From Octopus sinensis (lineage: Eukaryota), in contig NC_042999.1 in assembly GCF_006345805.1 (NCBI RefSeq), forward strand, positions 69,936,001 to 70,000,000: 64,000 nt of DNA. Reading direction: 5' to 3'. The position numbers and the translations under genes were made by a program. Positions 12,906-26,340 of this stretch are shown here, in pieces. The notes under the pieces are model-generated. The model searched no databases. It saw only the letters and a list, made by a program, of their open reading frames with translations, and was not told where the DNA came from. Within the stretch, counting starts at the first letter, position 1. Every line of letters starts with the position of its first letter.

Positions 12906-12977
<72 letters not shown>

Positions 12978-13025
12978 TACTTCTACTACTACTACTACTA
13001 CAACTACTAATACTACTGCTGCTGC

Positions 13026-13087
<62 letters not shown>
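12887..13087. repeat. Compound (ACT)n/(ATT)n microsatellite
   Basis: Direct inspection. Confidence 0.95.
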
Positions 13088-13088
<1 letters not shown>

Positions 13089-13094
13089 AGACAG

Positions 13095-13320
13095 TGAATA
13101 GGCAGTACCGTTAGTAGGCCGGACAAAATGCTTATAGTCATATCATTTGTCTCTATGTTCTGAGTCCAAATTCCGCCGAGGTCGACCCTACCTTTCATTC
13201 TTTTGTGGTCGATAAAATGTCTACCACTTCAGTAAGTCGATTACGTCGATCCCAGCACTCAAATGGTAATCGACTTAACACCTCTTCCAAAATTACTGGC
13301 CTTGTGCCAAAATTTGAATA
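13095..13320 (+). mobile_element. SINE family S1, degenerate
   Basis: TTCTGAGTCCAAATTCCGCCGAGGTCGAC..CCTTTCAT core. Confidence 0.75.
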
Positions 13321-13343
13321 TATCATCATCATCATCATCATCA

Positions 13344-13382
<39 letters not shown>

Positions 13383-13900
13383 TATTTGGTCTTGTTATTC
13401 TTGTCGTTTTTGGCGGAAACGATAAATAACCACACACCTTTTCCGTACCATTCATATATGATAAGCTGATAATGATCGGTGCTCTTTTTTTTTTCTTCAG
13501 TTTCCAAAAAGAAAGATTCTTTTACCAGTTTCTATAAGCAGTATATTTCTAATTCTCTCATCGGAAAGGAATTCATAGGCAGTTTTGGCACGTGCCGGCC
13601 ACTTGAGATTTATTCTTGGGTACAAGATAAGTACAGAAACCCCCCACAAATATTACCCAATGTTTTTTTTTTGTGTTTCTTTTCCCTTTAATTTCCTTTC
13701 TTTTTTTTTTTTGCGGCGCTTCCTTTCGAGTAGCAATTATAATCCACTTTATTTTCTTATATTTACTTAGCCTAATGAAATTGAATAAATATCTTTTGAA
13801 AAAAAAATCTAATTAAATTTCACGAAAGTTTTATCTATGAAAGAGAAGGGGAAATTGAAGGGCTAATGGATTTGTGCTTTCTTTGTTTTTTGGAGGTAAT

Positions 13901-13935
<35 letters not shown>

Positions 13936-14019
13936 TAGAAGACGCACCCGTACTTTGGACAGTTTAAGTTGCTTTAGTGGTATTTTTTTCACCAAATAAT
14001 TGAACTACCTAGAAGTTTT

Positions 14020-14120
14020 GAATCCAGGTAAAAAGTCACAGGCATAAAAATCACAGGGGTTTTGTCCGGGAGAGGGTTGTCCGATTGGGGTTTTGTCCTG
14101 AGGGGTTTTTGTCTGGATCC
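14020..14120. mobile_element. Small MITE-like element with GGTTTTGTCC subrepeats
   Basis: Imperfect TIRs GAATCCAGGTAAAAA / TTTTTGTCTGGATCC and repeated GGGG(T)TTTGTCC units. Confidence 0.4.
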
Positions 14121-14538
14121 CATAAAAGTCATCCCCCAAGCCCAACATATACACGCGCGCGCACATACACACAAAACAAGCACGTAGATAACGAGCTTCC
14201 GCATAGTCTCCAACCATCGAATTCACTTACAAGACAGTCGCGAAGCATACTTTTTAACCACACTAACATGCCTGCGTCTTACGATTTATTTTCATATCGA
14301 TAATAGTTGTTCTGTGTCTTATAAAAAGTTCCTCTCTACGATTCGTATTCAGTTAATAACATATTCGTTTTTGTTTTGCTTTATATTTTTTAAGCTTCCG
14401 TTTCACTTATTGCATGTACATTAGATTATTTCATTGAGTTACATTATTTTCAGTAAATCATTCTGTCATTCTTCTCTTCTACCATTTTTTTCTTTATGAA
14501 GTAAGGGCGCTGCATTGGCAGAATTGTTAAAGAGTTAA

Positions 14539-14960
14539 GGCGGCGAGCTGGCAGAAACGTTAGTACGCCGGGCGAAATGCATAGCCAAATTTCGTCTGCC
14601 CGTTACATTCTGAGTTCAAATTCCGCCAAGGTCGACTTAGCCTTTCATCCTTTCTGGGTCGATTAAATAAGTACCAGTTTCGCACTGGGGTGTCGATATA
14701 ATCGACTTAATCCGTTTGTCTGTCCTTGTTTGTCACCTCTGTGTTTAGCTCCTTGTGGGTAATAAAGAAATAGGTATTTCGTCTGCCCGTTACATTCTGA
14801 GTTCAAATTCCGCCGAGGTCGACTTAGCCTTTCATCCTTTCGGGGTCGATTAAATAAGTACCAGTTTCACACTGGGGTCGACGTAATCGACTTAATCCGT
14901 TTGTCTGTCCTTGTTTGTCCGCTCTGATATTTAGCCCCGTGTGGGTAGTAAAGAAGTAGG
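14539..14960 (+). mobile_element. SINE family S1 with internally duplicated body
   Basis: GGCGGCGAGCTGGCAGAAACGTTAG head; the body ATTTCGTCTGCCCGTTACATTCTGAGTTCAAATTCCGCC..AAAGAA occurs twice (~14589, ~14777). Confidence 0.9.
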
Positions 14961-15533
14961 AATTGTTAAACAGTTGAGAAAAAATGTTTCGCGCCATTCT
15001 ACCCGGATTTTAACGTTCTGTTTTCAAATCCCGCTAGTGTCAGCTTTTGTTTCTTATTCTTTCAGGGTTGATAGAATATAGTACCAGTCAAACACTGGGG
15101 TCGTAGATGTAATCGACTGACACTCTCCTCTCAAAAATTGCCGTCCCTGTGCGTAAATTAAAAGTAACTGCTACCAATTTTGAAGCAGTAAGTCTTCCTG
15201 CCGTAGAACGCAATCAATGACCTATGAAAAATCCTTGGATACCATGTTAACGTGGAAACATGCCGATATTACGCTTTGTTTCATTTTTTACTGTGATTTG
15301 GTCATTAGAAGGCGGTCATGCTGGGGCACTGCATTCAACGGTTTTAGTCGAACGAATTCACCTCAGTACTGATGTTTCTTTTCTTTTTGTTTTTCTTTTT
15401 CTTTAAAACACACTTAATCTATCGGTCTATATTGTTGAGCCACTAATTGGCCAGAAGGTAAACAAACCAGTACCGTTTTTCAAGGTGTGGTTGTATATAT
15501 ATTGATGTACAAGTACGTATATATATACATATA

Positions 15534-15604
<71 letters not shown>

Positions 15605-15669
15605 TATAATTATATATATATGTACATACATACATGCATACATACACATACACTCACACACATATATAC

Positions 15670-15825
15670 GCGGCGAGCTGGCAGAAATTCCGCCGAGGTC
15701 GACTTTGCCTTTCATCCTTTCGGGGTCGATAAAAAAAGTACCAGTTTCGCACTGAGGTCGATGTAATCGACTTAGTCCCTCGTTTGTCCCCTCTATGTTT
15801 AGCCCCTTGTGGGCAGTAAAGAAAT
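15670..15825 (+). mobile_element. SINE family S1, internally deleted
   Basis: Head joined directly to AATTCCGCCGAGGTCGACTTTGCCTTTCATCCTTTCGGGGTCGAT. Confidence 0.85.
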
Positions 15826-15834
15826 ATATATATA

Positions 15835-16674
15835 CTAGCAGAATTGCCCGGCGTTGCTCGGGGCTGAATTGCTTGAAAATACTGTTAATGATTGCACTGA
15901 ATTATGATGATTATTCAGGCAAATATTGATATAAGTTTACGGTGGGAGATAAGGACTTAACGATCAAGCGTGTGCCATTGCATTGTTTTGGGGAACCAAA
16001 TTTCTGATGAGCATTATAGGGGCACCAACTTTAAGTTTGAGAAAGTGTGGTGGTAGTCCGGGGTGCTCAAAGGAATTGAGTACCTCTATTGGATAGTTGA
16101 TGACGTCCTCTGGGTCAGGAGTTGTATCGATAGACTGATATACATAGACTTCCCCAGGAATGAGTTTTAGCATTTCAGCATTAATATGGTGAACAGTTTT
16201 ATTCCTCGGGGCCAGTATAGCCTTTTTGCTAATCCAATCCATATTCTGATAATTAGCTTGTAGATCTGGGAACACTGCATCTCTGAGATCAGAAGGCGTC
16301 TTAACAATGGTACAAATGGAATCGATGGCAATATTACCATTTTCATCCCCTGGTATTTTGCCTTCGCCAAGTGCAAGGAGGGTGTGAGGAAATGCTGCTG
16401 ATGTGATATTACGTCGCATATGAGCACGCATATTGGTGTGAAGTTTGAGAGTTACTTCCCTTTATTTAAAAAAATATGCATTAAAATGGAAAAAATGATG
16501 GTAAATTATTTGTAAAATCATAGACTCATCGTAGACGCGCGCTAATACCCAGAAGGGCTCGATATGAATGACGACTATAAGATACCCAGTTTTGGTTAAA
16601 CTGCATCGCAAAATGTGGAGTAGTTAGGAATCTAAATCGGAGTAGACAGACACACAACCTTTCTTTTATATATA
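15835..16674 (-). mobile_element. Non-autonomous Helitron retaining a PIF1-type helicase fragment
   Basis: Minus-strand 3' end: hairpin CCCGAGCAACGCCGGG then CTAG|T. ORF 15964-16431 has RepHel helicase motifs NMR, AILAPRN, IN, YPIEVLNS..GLPPHFLKLKVGAPIMLIRNL, with CNGTRL after a frameshift. Confidence 0.93.
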
Positions 16675-16677
16675 AAT

Positions 16678-17340
16678 ATTTTCGTCCTAAAAACTTTGTA
16701 TGGATTGAATGGTTACCTCTATGGAAATATATACACGCACATTATACATACATGTGTGTATAGATGAATATATAAATACATTTAAATATCTATATACACT
16801 TTTGGGCGATCTTTCTGTTCTTAGAGATAACTTTAGATCTTATTTTCGTCCTAAAAAACTGTGAATGGTTACCTCTTGGAAATATATACACACACGTTAT
16901 ACATACATGTGTGCATAGATGAATATATAAATACATTTATATATCTATATACACTTTTGGGCGATCTTTGTGCTACTTAGAGATAACTTTAGATCTTATT
17001 TTCGTCCTAAAAACTTTGTGCGGAGTGAATGGTTACGTCTATAGAAATATATACACACACGTTATACATACATCTGTGTATAGATGAATATATAAATACA
17101 TTTAAATATCTATATACACTTTTGGGCGATCTTTCTGCTACTTGTATATACTTTAGATGTTATATTCGTCCTAAAAAACTTTGTATGGAGTGAAAGGTTA
17201 CCTCTATGGAAATATATACACACACATTATACATACATCTGTTTATAGATGAATATATAAATACATTTAATATCTATATACACTTTTGGGCGATCTTTCT
17301 GCTACTTGGATATAGGTCTTATATTCGTCCTAAAAAACTT
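16678..17340. repeat. Tandem array of four ~160-bp units
   Basis: TTCGTCCTAAAAA recurs at ~16681, 16844, 17001, 17165 and 17323. Confidence 0.92.
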
Positions 17341-17529
17341 TCCTGTCACACACTCACGCACACGCACACCACACACACACACACGCACCGCACCTCACAC
17401 ACACACGCACACACACACACCCACGCACGTTAGCTTACAATTTTATTTATATTTGCGTGTCTATGTGTGTAAAGAGGAAGTGGGAGGCAGAGTGAAAGAG
17501 TCACTCACTACAGAAAGTGAATTACTTTC

Positions 17530-17789
17530 GCTTTATTCGTTGCACACTGTGTGTGTGCGTTTCCGTGTGCTGTATCCCACACTAAGAGAAGCATTTGACT
17601 CATACACCACAATGTGAGTTTTCTCTAAATTTTGCTTAATTGGGGTTGAAATTTTAAAAAGTGGACCTGGCACGACCCGATGCATTCTACTCTTAAAAAT
17701 GCTAGGTAAATTGTAATTGAAGAAATCCTATATTGTAGATTTCTATAACTGACAAAGGGAGGCAGATAAAATCTGCCTTTTATAATAAG

Positions 17790-17790
<1 letters not shown>
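17530..17790 (-). mobile_element. Helitron/HINE-type element 5' part (family B)
   Basis: Minus 5' TCTTATTATAAAAGGCAGATTTTATCTGCCT (TC start, subterminal hairpin); second copy at 39610-39870. Confidence 0.65.
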
Positions 17791-17835
<45 letters not shown>

Positions 17836-17872
17836 ATTTTATGTAAATATATATATATATATAGTTATGTAA

Positions 17873-17917
<45 letters not shown>

Positions 17918-17919
17918 TT

Positions 17920-18088
17920 ATATCCGTTGGGCTTTCACAGTTTCCCCTACCAAATTCATTCTCAAACCATCAGTCGGTGCCCGGGCTTTAGTTGAAGACA
18001 CTTGCCCAAGATGCCGTGCAGTGAGGCTGAATCCGAAACCACGTAGTTGCGAGGCGAGCTTCTTAACCACACAGCCATACCTGTGCCT
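17920..18088 (-). mobile_element. SINE family S2 5' fragment
   Basis: GAAGACACTTGCCCAAG..CTTCTTAACCACACAGCCATACCTG. Confidence 0.75.
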
Positions 18089-18875
18089 TTCGCCATGCCT
18101 TTCGTATTTGCTTTTATTTATTTATTTGAATTTTGAGGAGAACGGGCAGAGCCCTTGATCTTTCTAAGGGCGTTCAAGACTGGTTGGAGAAAGAGATATT
18201 TTCCTAAGACCGGAAACTTACTCTAAATGCATGCAACAGGGAACTACACTAAAAGCGCTTAAGGGCCCATTACTGTGTTAGAAACGGCGGTAAATTAAGT
18301 CTATCAGCTGAGAATAGGAGAAATATCTTTGACGGTTTTCTAAATTCAAAATTTCATTCACAAAGCTCAATTCGCATGGAAAGCTTAAGATGCCCTTTAT
18401 AAGTTACTCGTTATAAATACAACCAATTCTATTTCCTTTTATATGATTAGTCTATCATGACTAGAAGGATAATTATGCATAACAGCATAAGATCTGTTAC
18501 ATGTGCGGTGATGGTAGTCATGGTGGTCCTGGTGGCTGTGGTGATGATGGTGGCGCTTGTTGTGGTGGTAGTGGTTTTGGCTGTAATGGTGGTGGTGGTG
18601 GTAGGAGGGCGAAACCATCAGGAAGCGGTTATTGAAAAGATGAGAATACAATAAATTCTCAAACTCAGACAGCATGGAACAACCAACCGCAAATATGTGA
18701 ATAGGGAATAGTGGTGGCAAAGTGCAGAACGAGGCATTGAGCGATACTGAGCAAGAGGGATGAAGAGGGCAGGGTCGGTACGAGAGAACAGAGGGTGAGG
18801 TAAGATACTGATATATATATATACATATATATATATATACATATATATATATATGTATACAAGTGTGTATGTTTA

Positions 18876-19050
18876 GGCACAATGGTCCAGTGGAATCGCG
18901 GTTTCGATTCCCAGACCGAGCGTTGTGAGTGTTTATTGAGCGAAAACACCTAAAGCTCCACGATGCTCAAGCAGGGGGTCGTAGCGAACCCTGCTGTACT
19001 CTTTCACCACTACTTTCTCTCACTCTTCCTGTTTCTGTTATACCTGTATT
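18876..19050 (+). mobile_element. SINE family S3 fragment
   Basis: CAATGGTCCAGTGG..GGTTTCGATTCCCAGACCG..TTTATTGAGCGAAAACACCTAAAGCTCCAC. Confidence 0.8.
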
Positions 19051-20257
19051 TCATATAGATCCCAATACTTTTAACCTACAAACACCAGGGAACATCATAC
19101 ACACACACACACACACACAAAAGAAAACGAATCCATGCACAATGGAGGAGAATTCAAATTGTTTAAAACGATAATAACAATGACAACATTTTAGCTAGTA
19201 TCGCAAGCTAAACGCAAATGATTGAGAACTGGAAAAGCGAAAGACATGACGCAAAGAATGGCGTTTCCTTCCCTTTGCAATTCATTAAAGAAATGAAAGG
19301 AAACAGGTAAACATAACCATTGTCTCGCATAAAAAAAAATACAATAGAGGCGGACGTTTCATTTGTACACAAGAAGAACCGTTAAAAGAAACCTTGACCG
19401 ATGTTTGAAGCGATATCGTTTCTATCGATCGGATACGAGTATATAAAGTGCGCACTATTCATCTGTTCACATGTTGTATCAAAATATACAAGCAATAGAA
19501 TACAAGGGTCACAGCTAGGGATATTAGTTTGGATGTTGATCCTTGGTCCATCATCACTTTGCGGGATGGTATGGCGAATAGACTTGATGACCTTCGAAAG
19601 TCACAGAACCATCCTGGAACTGTACCTTATCGTTACTACGGAAAGGAGATCCACTAGACTTGTGTTGCTGGACAGAAAGTCTAACTGTTAAACACATGGC
19701 AGCAAAAATCAATTGAAAGTATTCTGTCCAACTGAAAGCGGCGGACAATAGCGTAAGCAGTAACCATATCAGAAGCTCTAGAACTGCAATTTCATGAGTA
19801 CGTTCGATTACAGCTTTAAGGTTGGCGAAAGTAATCAGTTCATTTTAAATGTCGGAAATCAATGACTAGGACGCTGATGACTTCACCTCTTAATAGCAGC
19901 ACCCCAAACATCTGGTGCTGATGAAGAGTAAATGTAGGCTAAAGATGATGGTAAGCAAGGGGCAAAAAGTAGAAACAGAAGAATAAGAATTAGCGCAAAC
20001 TAAAAGTAACTAGATACACAGGAACCCACTGGAACAATGAGGTATTCACGAGTGTTTATATAACGGAGGAGTTCCAGGTAGATCTACTGAACAGCCTGGA
20101 GGAAGAACGATTTGATGTGTTGAATGAGAATAAGAAGTTAGGAGTCAAAAATAAAAGTCAGAAGTAGAAATGTGTGGTCACTGTGAGTGCTCTGAACTGA
20201 AATGGCGGTCAGTGGGTAGGTTGTCTTTTACTTGTATTCCTCTTAGTGTTTTATTGT

Positions 20258-20455
20258 TTATTATTTCTTTACTGCCCACAAGGGGCTAGACACAGAAGGG
20301 ACAAACAAGGACAGACAAACGGATTAAGTCGATTATATCGACCCCAGTGCGTAACTGGTACTTATTTAATCGAACCCGAAAGGATGAAAGGCAAAGTCGA
20401 CCTCGGCGGAATTTGAACTCAGAACATAGCGGCAGACGAAATACCGCTAAGCATT
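20258..20455 (-). mobile_element. SINE family S1
   Basis: GAAAGGATGAAAGGCAAAGTCGACCTCGGCGGAATTTGAACTCAGAAC. Confidence 0.9.
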
Positions 20456-21355
20456 TATTGTTTATTTATAATTACTCACACACAGAGTTTAATATTTTTA
20501 TTAACTCTGATGCGACTTGAATAGAGTACAGTACGATAAAACAACAAGTCGGGTGAATTATTTCTTCCTCATCTCTATCTTCTTGAGAGATCATAAGTCC
20601 CATAATCTCTTCTCTCGAGATGTCTTTCTCACGTAATGTCTACCAGCCAACTGGAATACAGCTTCGTCATCGTCCTTTCTCAAGTATATAGTCATGATGA
20701 TATGACTTAAATAAAACCCAACTCTGCTAATTAACAGGGCATTCTTCAATTCTAATGTATTTCCTCTTTTTACAACGAGGAACACCTCTTTGTTAAACTT
20801 GTTTGTAGCTTGATCGACCAAACTGTTTCGTCCAACCAAGATCCTAGTGTAAGAGTGTGTCTTTGTTAGGTAAACTGTCGACTCTGCCAGCCGTGTCGCT
20901 ATTCAGCAGCAATCTTAACATAAGAATATGAAGTAAGCTGATGAGAAGTTGTAGCTATAACCTATAGTTTACATTAAACGAAACCCGTTGCATAACTAAA
21001 CAATATGCAAAAACAATATTAAAAAGTTAATTTTAATAATAAGCGTTATGATAAATCTACTTAGGTATCAAGTTTACGACACTACTGAAGTGATATATGA
21101 ATCATACATCATACATCACATCAAAGCTGTTTCATGTTTTATAATTTACTGCACCAGAAGCAAAACGTAAGGATATTAGTAGAATATTATTAATATAATT
21201 AACTCTAACATTCTCTTTGCAAGAAACCTATTACAACTGTTCGTATCGAATTTTTGAATAATTCTATAAATGTGTATATTCAGCGGCAGTGAGTTATAAT
21301 ACTAAAACAACGGGAATTTGCTTATTTGTTTGTGCGTTTGCGTGCGTTTGCGTGC

Positions 21356-21405
<50 letters not shown>

Positions 21406-21941
21406 CAAAAAAACTCACCGTTCAGTATTTAGGTAGGGTATATCAATTTCTTATGGTGTCTCTGTCTCATGTCATAGTATTTACATTCCACCACCCAACA
21501 AGGTAAAACTGAAGGTTATTTTCAGATTGAATTTACAAACATTCACAATAACAACGCTCACACTTTACAAGGCCTTACTTTTGAACAAAACCAGATTATT
21601 TTTACCCATCATTCCCTTGCCTTGTCTGACTGGTTGAAAGACGGCAGAGGGCTCTTACAAAGAAATAACAACTGTGCATGATTTGTGCTATGGGAAACCT
21701 GCATGGTTTTCATGTTGCAGGCAATTGAAATTAAACCCATATATGTGTGTGCGTTAGTGTGTGTGTGTGTGTGTGTATGCATGTGCGTGTGTGCATGTGT
21801 GTGTGTGAAAGAGAGAGGGAGAGAGGGTATGTGTGCGTGTGTGTGTGATTATGCGTGTGAGTGTGAGTGAGTGTAATTTCAGTAGGATATATATATATAT
21901 AGTTATATATATATAGTAATATATAATAATTATTATATTCA

Positions 21942-22024
<83 letters not shown>

Positions 22025-22404
22025 TAGGAGTATAACTCCAAACTTACAGGGAAAAATTCAATTTAGTATTAAATCAAATATCATAATATAAATATATAAT
22101 ATATAAATTACAGAAAAACCACTATTATGCAATTCAAACAATGATAGACATAAACCAAATTATTGAAGAGTAACTATAATTTTGAATTGAATTAATTTTC
22201 GATTAAATTTAAATTTGATTGTAATTTGAATTTGATTATAACCATGAAACGTACGTAGTTTTTTTACTTATTATATATTGATTATTCATTTCTATACTTT
22301 TTGTGATCTAGTTATATGTTTTAAGAAATATTTTTTATTTTTTATTTATGATTTGTTTATGTCTATCATTGTTTGAATTGCATAATAGGAGTTTTCTCTA
22401 ATTT

Positions 22405-22405
<1 letters not shown>
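22025..22405. mobile_element. (TA)n-embedded inverted-repeat element with degenerate hammerhead
   Basis: Arms 22104-22160 and 22351-22405; plus strand TTGAAGA(22163)...GAAAC-GTAC-GTA(22246-22257). Confidence 0.55.
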
Positions 22406-22480
<75 letters not shown>

Positions 22481-22482
22481 TG

Positions 22483-22514
<32 letters not shown>

Positions 22515-22709
22515 TGTATGTATGTATGTATGAATGTATACACAGAATGCCAGAATATTCTGTATTAAAACAGTATTAATATATGATATCAATAAGCGAG
22601 CAAGAATATATGGATCACTCATATAAGCATAAGATCAGACTTCTGGGTGAAAGGATCAATTCATTAACCTGAGACTTTACTTGAATAGTATTATTTCATA
22701 CGCCTAATA

Positions 22710-23230
22710 ACGGTTTCAAGTTCTGGCACATCACCAGCAATTTCAAGGGAAGGGGAAGTCGAATAAATCGTTTCTAGCGCTCAAATAGTACTTATTTTAT
22801 CGTCCCCGAAAGGATCAAAAGTAAAGTCGACAGCGGTGAAATTTGAAAAACCGCTGAGAATTTTGTCCGGGGCAGTAACGATTCTGCTCGCTCACCGCCT
22901 TACAGATAAGAATATATTGATTTCAAATTTTGGAACATGGCAAGCAATTTTGTGTGAGCGAGTAAGTCGGTTACATCTTCCCCAGTTCTCAAATGGTACT
23001 TATTTTATCGGCTCCGAAAAGATAAAAGGAAAAGTCAACCTGGATGAAATTTCAACCCAGAGCCTAAAGACGGATGAAATGCTGCTAAGCATTTTGTCCG
23101 GCGTGCTAATGGTCACAAATTTCGGGAGAGGCTAATTTGATTACATCGACGCAGTGGAATTGGTACTTATTTTGTCTACCATGAGATGCTGATAGGCAAT
23201 ACAGACCTTGGCGGTATTTGGACTCAGAAT
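22710..23230 (-). mobile_element. Cluster of three degenerate S1 SINEs
   Basis: Repeated GTACTTATTTTATCG..CCGAAAG..AAAGTC cores. Confidence 0.7.
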
Positions 23231-23476
23231 GACAATTCCACCAACTCGCTGTCTTGGACAATGTCTTGGACAATGTAACCAATGAAAGTAAGGAATCGAG
23301 AATGACTTGCTGGCTGTCAACATGTACCATGTTTTTAGATTATTCTTCAAGGTTCGAGAATCGAACACATTGCCTTACGATCGTGAACCCCACAGCCATA
23401 AGCATCAGGTCACATGCCTTTATAACACCAAACATACACCAGCGAAAAGTGAATAATATAGGTTTATGACACTTAC

Positions 23477-23611
23477 GAAAGTTGCAATGCTGGAAGTCTT
23501 CACTGGGTTGAAATCCTTCAAGACAAACACACTTTCTTTGATTACAGGTACTGTTGGCAACAGCTTCCATACAATCTTCTTTCGTTTGGCAATTGCTGTC
23601 TCCAATTTTTC
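23477..23611 (-). CDS. Internal exon encoding a 6-Cys EB/EGF-like module of a cysteine-rich extracellular protein
   Basis: Acceptor TTTTCTGTTTTCCTACAG| and donor |GTAAGT; 135 bp, phase 1-1; reads KIGDSNCQTKEDCMEAVANSTCNQRKCVCLEGFQPSEDFQHCNF (C-x5-C-x8-C-x4-C-x-C-x12-C). Confidence 0.85.
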
Positions 23612-24104
23612 CTGTAGGAAAACAGAAAAATTAAAATTATATTATCTCCAACCACATTTAGTTGATATTTAAAAATTAAAGACAAGCAAAATATGAATAT
23701 TTAACATGACATTTCAATATAACACATTTTAATTGCATGATAATTTAATTTCAAAACAAGACCAGAATAAAGTGCATTATGCATATAAATGACACAAGAT
23801 ATCAACAAAAGGCATATAAACATAGTCATCAACGCACATTATATTATATGCAACAAGAATATATACAATATATTTATAAAGTAATCAAGGGATAAAAATG
23901 AAATGGCCTGAAAATAAGAAAAAGAAATATGTTAGTGGAAATATTTTAGTACAATAATTTCAAAACTTCAGTAAATAAAATACATATGCAAATATTAGCG
24001 ATGTCAGGAATATTATTAAACGAAATACTGTGCATAGTACGTATGTGTATACACCACATAAATACACACATGTAATATATATATATATATATATATATAA
24101 TATA

Positions 24105-24140
<36 letters not shown>

Positions 24141-24351
24141 AATTGATAGATATATATGTATGCATGTATGTATGCATTAATGTCATTTATATATGTATAT
24201 GTATATATATATATTAAAATGCATTCATACATATAGACTGACTGACTGACAAAATTGAAGACACGAGCTGTTATGTATGAATATGTATGTATGAATATGT
24301 ATGTATGTGTATGTATGTATGTATGTGAGTGTGTCTGTGTATCTACGTGTA

Positions 24352-24429
<78 letters not shown>

Positions 24430-24816
24430 TAACGTGTATATATGTATGTAAGTGTGCATGTATGTATGTGTATATTTTTGTATATGCACAAAACTGTGCT
24501 CAGCAGGCCAAAAGGCAGAGACGGTGCGTTTTTCGCAGGAACTTGAGATTAAAGGAGTAAAACTTCCGCCATCTGTTAAGATCTCCAGCAGTGGGTGTCT
24601 GAAAAACATCAACTCGATACGATGAAACATTTGCAAACATTGATAATCAAGAAAAGGATAATTCTGATATTTGTAAAGCTAATTAATATGATACTAAAGT
24701 AATATTTACAGTAACAAATGTTTAATAATTATTGCATTTGTTTAGTTCTTCTTCACATTTGATGTATAAAGGTATGTCATTTGAGCAACTCTTTTCCTGT
24801 TATTATTTAATAAAGC

Positions 24817-24855
<39 letters not shown>

Positions 24856-25101
24856 TGAATATTTTCTGTTTGTGCGTATGCGTGTGAGTCTTTTTTTATG
24901 TAGATATATATATATATATATATGTGTGTGGTGTTGTGTGTGTGTGTGTGTGTGTGTGTAAATATGAATATATGTATGTGTATGCATAGATAGATTGATA
25001 TACATATCCATATATACACATATACACGTACACGCATAAAACATGTACGCACATACTCACACTCACACACATAAAAATTATATATATATATACATATATA
25101 T

Positions 25102-25154
<53 letters not shown>

Positions 25155-25158
<4 letters not shown>

Positions 25159-25579
25159 TTTCGGTTTGAACGGCAGTTTTTTCTAGCGGTGTTATATGAA
25201 ATTGTCACCCATAATTATGACCCTAGTATCGATCTATTGCATTTCAATCTGTTTTAGGGTTAGGGATAGTTAGTGTTAGGGGTGGGAGGAAAGGTATCTT
25301 TTTTTCTTCACAAATGTAAATAAACCCAATCTGTTTCTTATACGAGGGACGTATTCATACGGCACAAAATGTTTTCACCTCAATAGACGTCATTGATCGG
25401 TTGAAATTGCAGAAATTGTAGAAAGAAAACAACACATATCTTACAAACTATAGAATTTTCTCAATAAATCCAAGAGAAAAAGATGTTTTATAAACACATT
25501 CTACCTGTATACGAAGTTTAAAAGTGTTTAGTTACGTGGAAATTATTTTATAAAACTGCCGTTCAAACCGAAAAGATCC
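25155..25579. mobile_element. MITE family M (TIR GGATCTTTTCGGTTTGAACGGCAGTTTT) with TTAGGG-like tract
   Basis: TIRs at both ends; near-identical to 59859-60300. Confidence 0.88.
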
Positions 25580-25607
25580 ATTAAATATACATATATATTT
25601 ATGTATA

Positions 25608-25646
<39 letters not shown>

Positions 25647-25672
25647 TATATGTGTGTGTGGTGTGTGGTGTG

Positions 25673-25722
<50 letters not shown>

Positions 25723-25834
25723 GTGTGTGTGTGTATGCGTGTGTGTGTATATAAACATACATGCACGGATATCTTATGCAAAAATGCATATAGATATACA
25801 TACACAAATGCATATATATCAATGTGTGTGTATG

Positions 25835-25869
<35 letters not shown>

Positions 25870-26340
25870 TGCATGTGTGCTTGCGTGTTTGTGCGAATGA
25901 AATCACATTCGCCAGACTTCATGGTGTTCGAAAAGGAGTAATATTATCTTAGTTGCTATATAAATACACGTATAGGTGCACACACCCACACAAGCACACA
26001 TGCATGCACACACATACACACATAGGCACGCAACCGTTGAATATACCTATACATATTTGTGTGTGTATGAATCATTTTGCTGTTTTATTTAATCACGACC
26101 ACCCGTACTTAAAACGCACTCATTTCTTCTGTTTTTTTATTGTTTTTTTTTCCCCAGACATAATGTATATTGAACCACGTTAACCAATGAATCCGTTCTC
26201 TTTTTAACGCGGTAAGGTGTTATTTAGAAGAGATTTGACTGCCGTTTCTTGAAGGCTGAGAAACCTCGCTATCATTCCGTTGTATTTCATCATTCTTGAA
26301 AAATACTAATAGTTAAACTCTAATGACTAATTGCTAATTA

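Noticed and set aside
16678-17340. CRISPR-like array
   Set aside because: Whole ~160-bp units are repeated with no unique spacers; eukaryotic context and no cas genes.
20591-20839. 82-aa non-repetitive ORF
   Set aside because: No recognisable domain or splice sites; possibly decayed TE.
24485-24600. Exon-like GC-richer segment with a minus-strand acceptor
   Set aside because: No convincing donor and no recognisable peptide.
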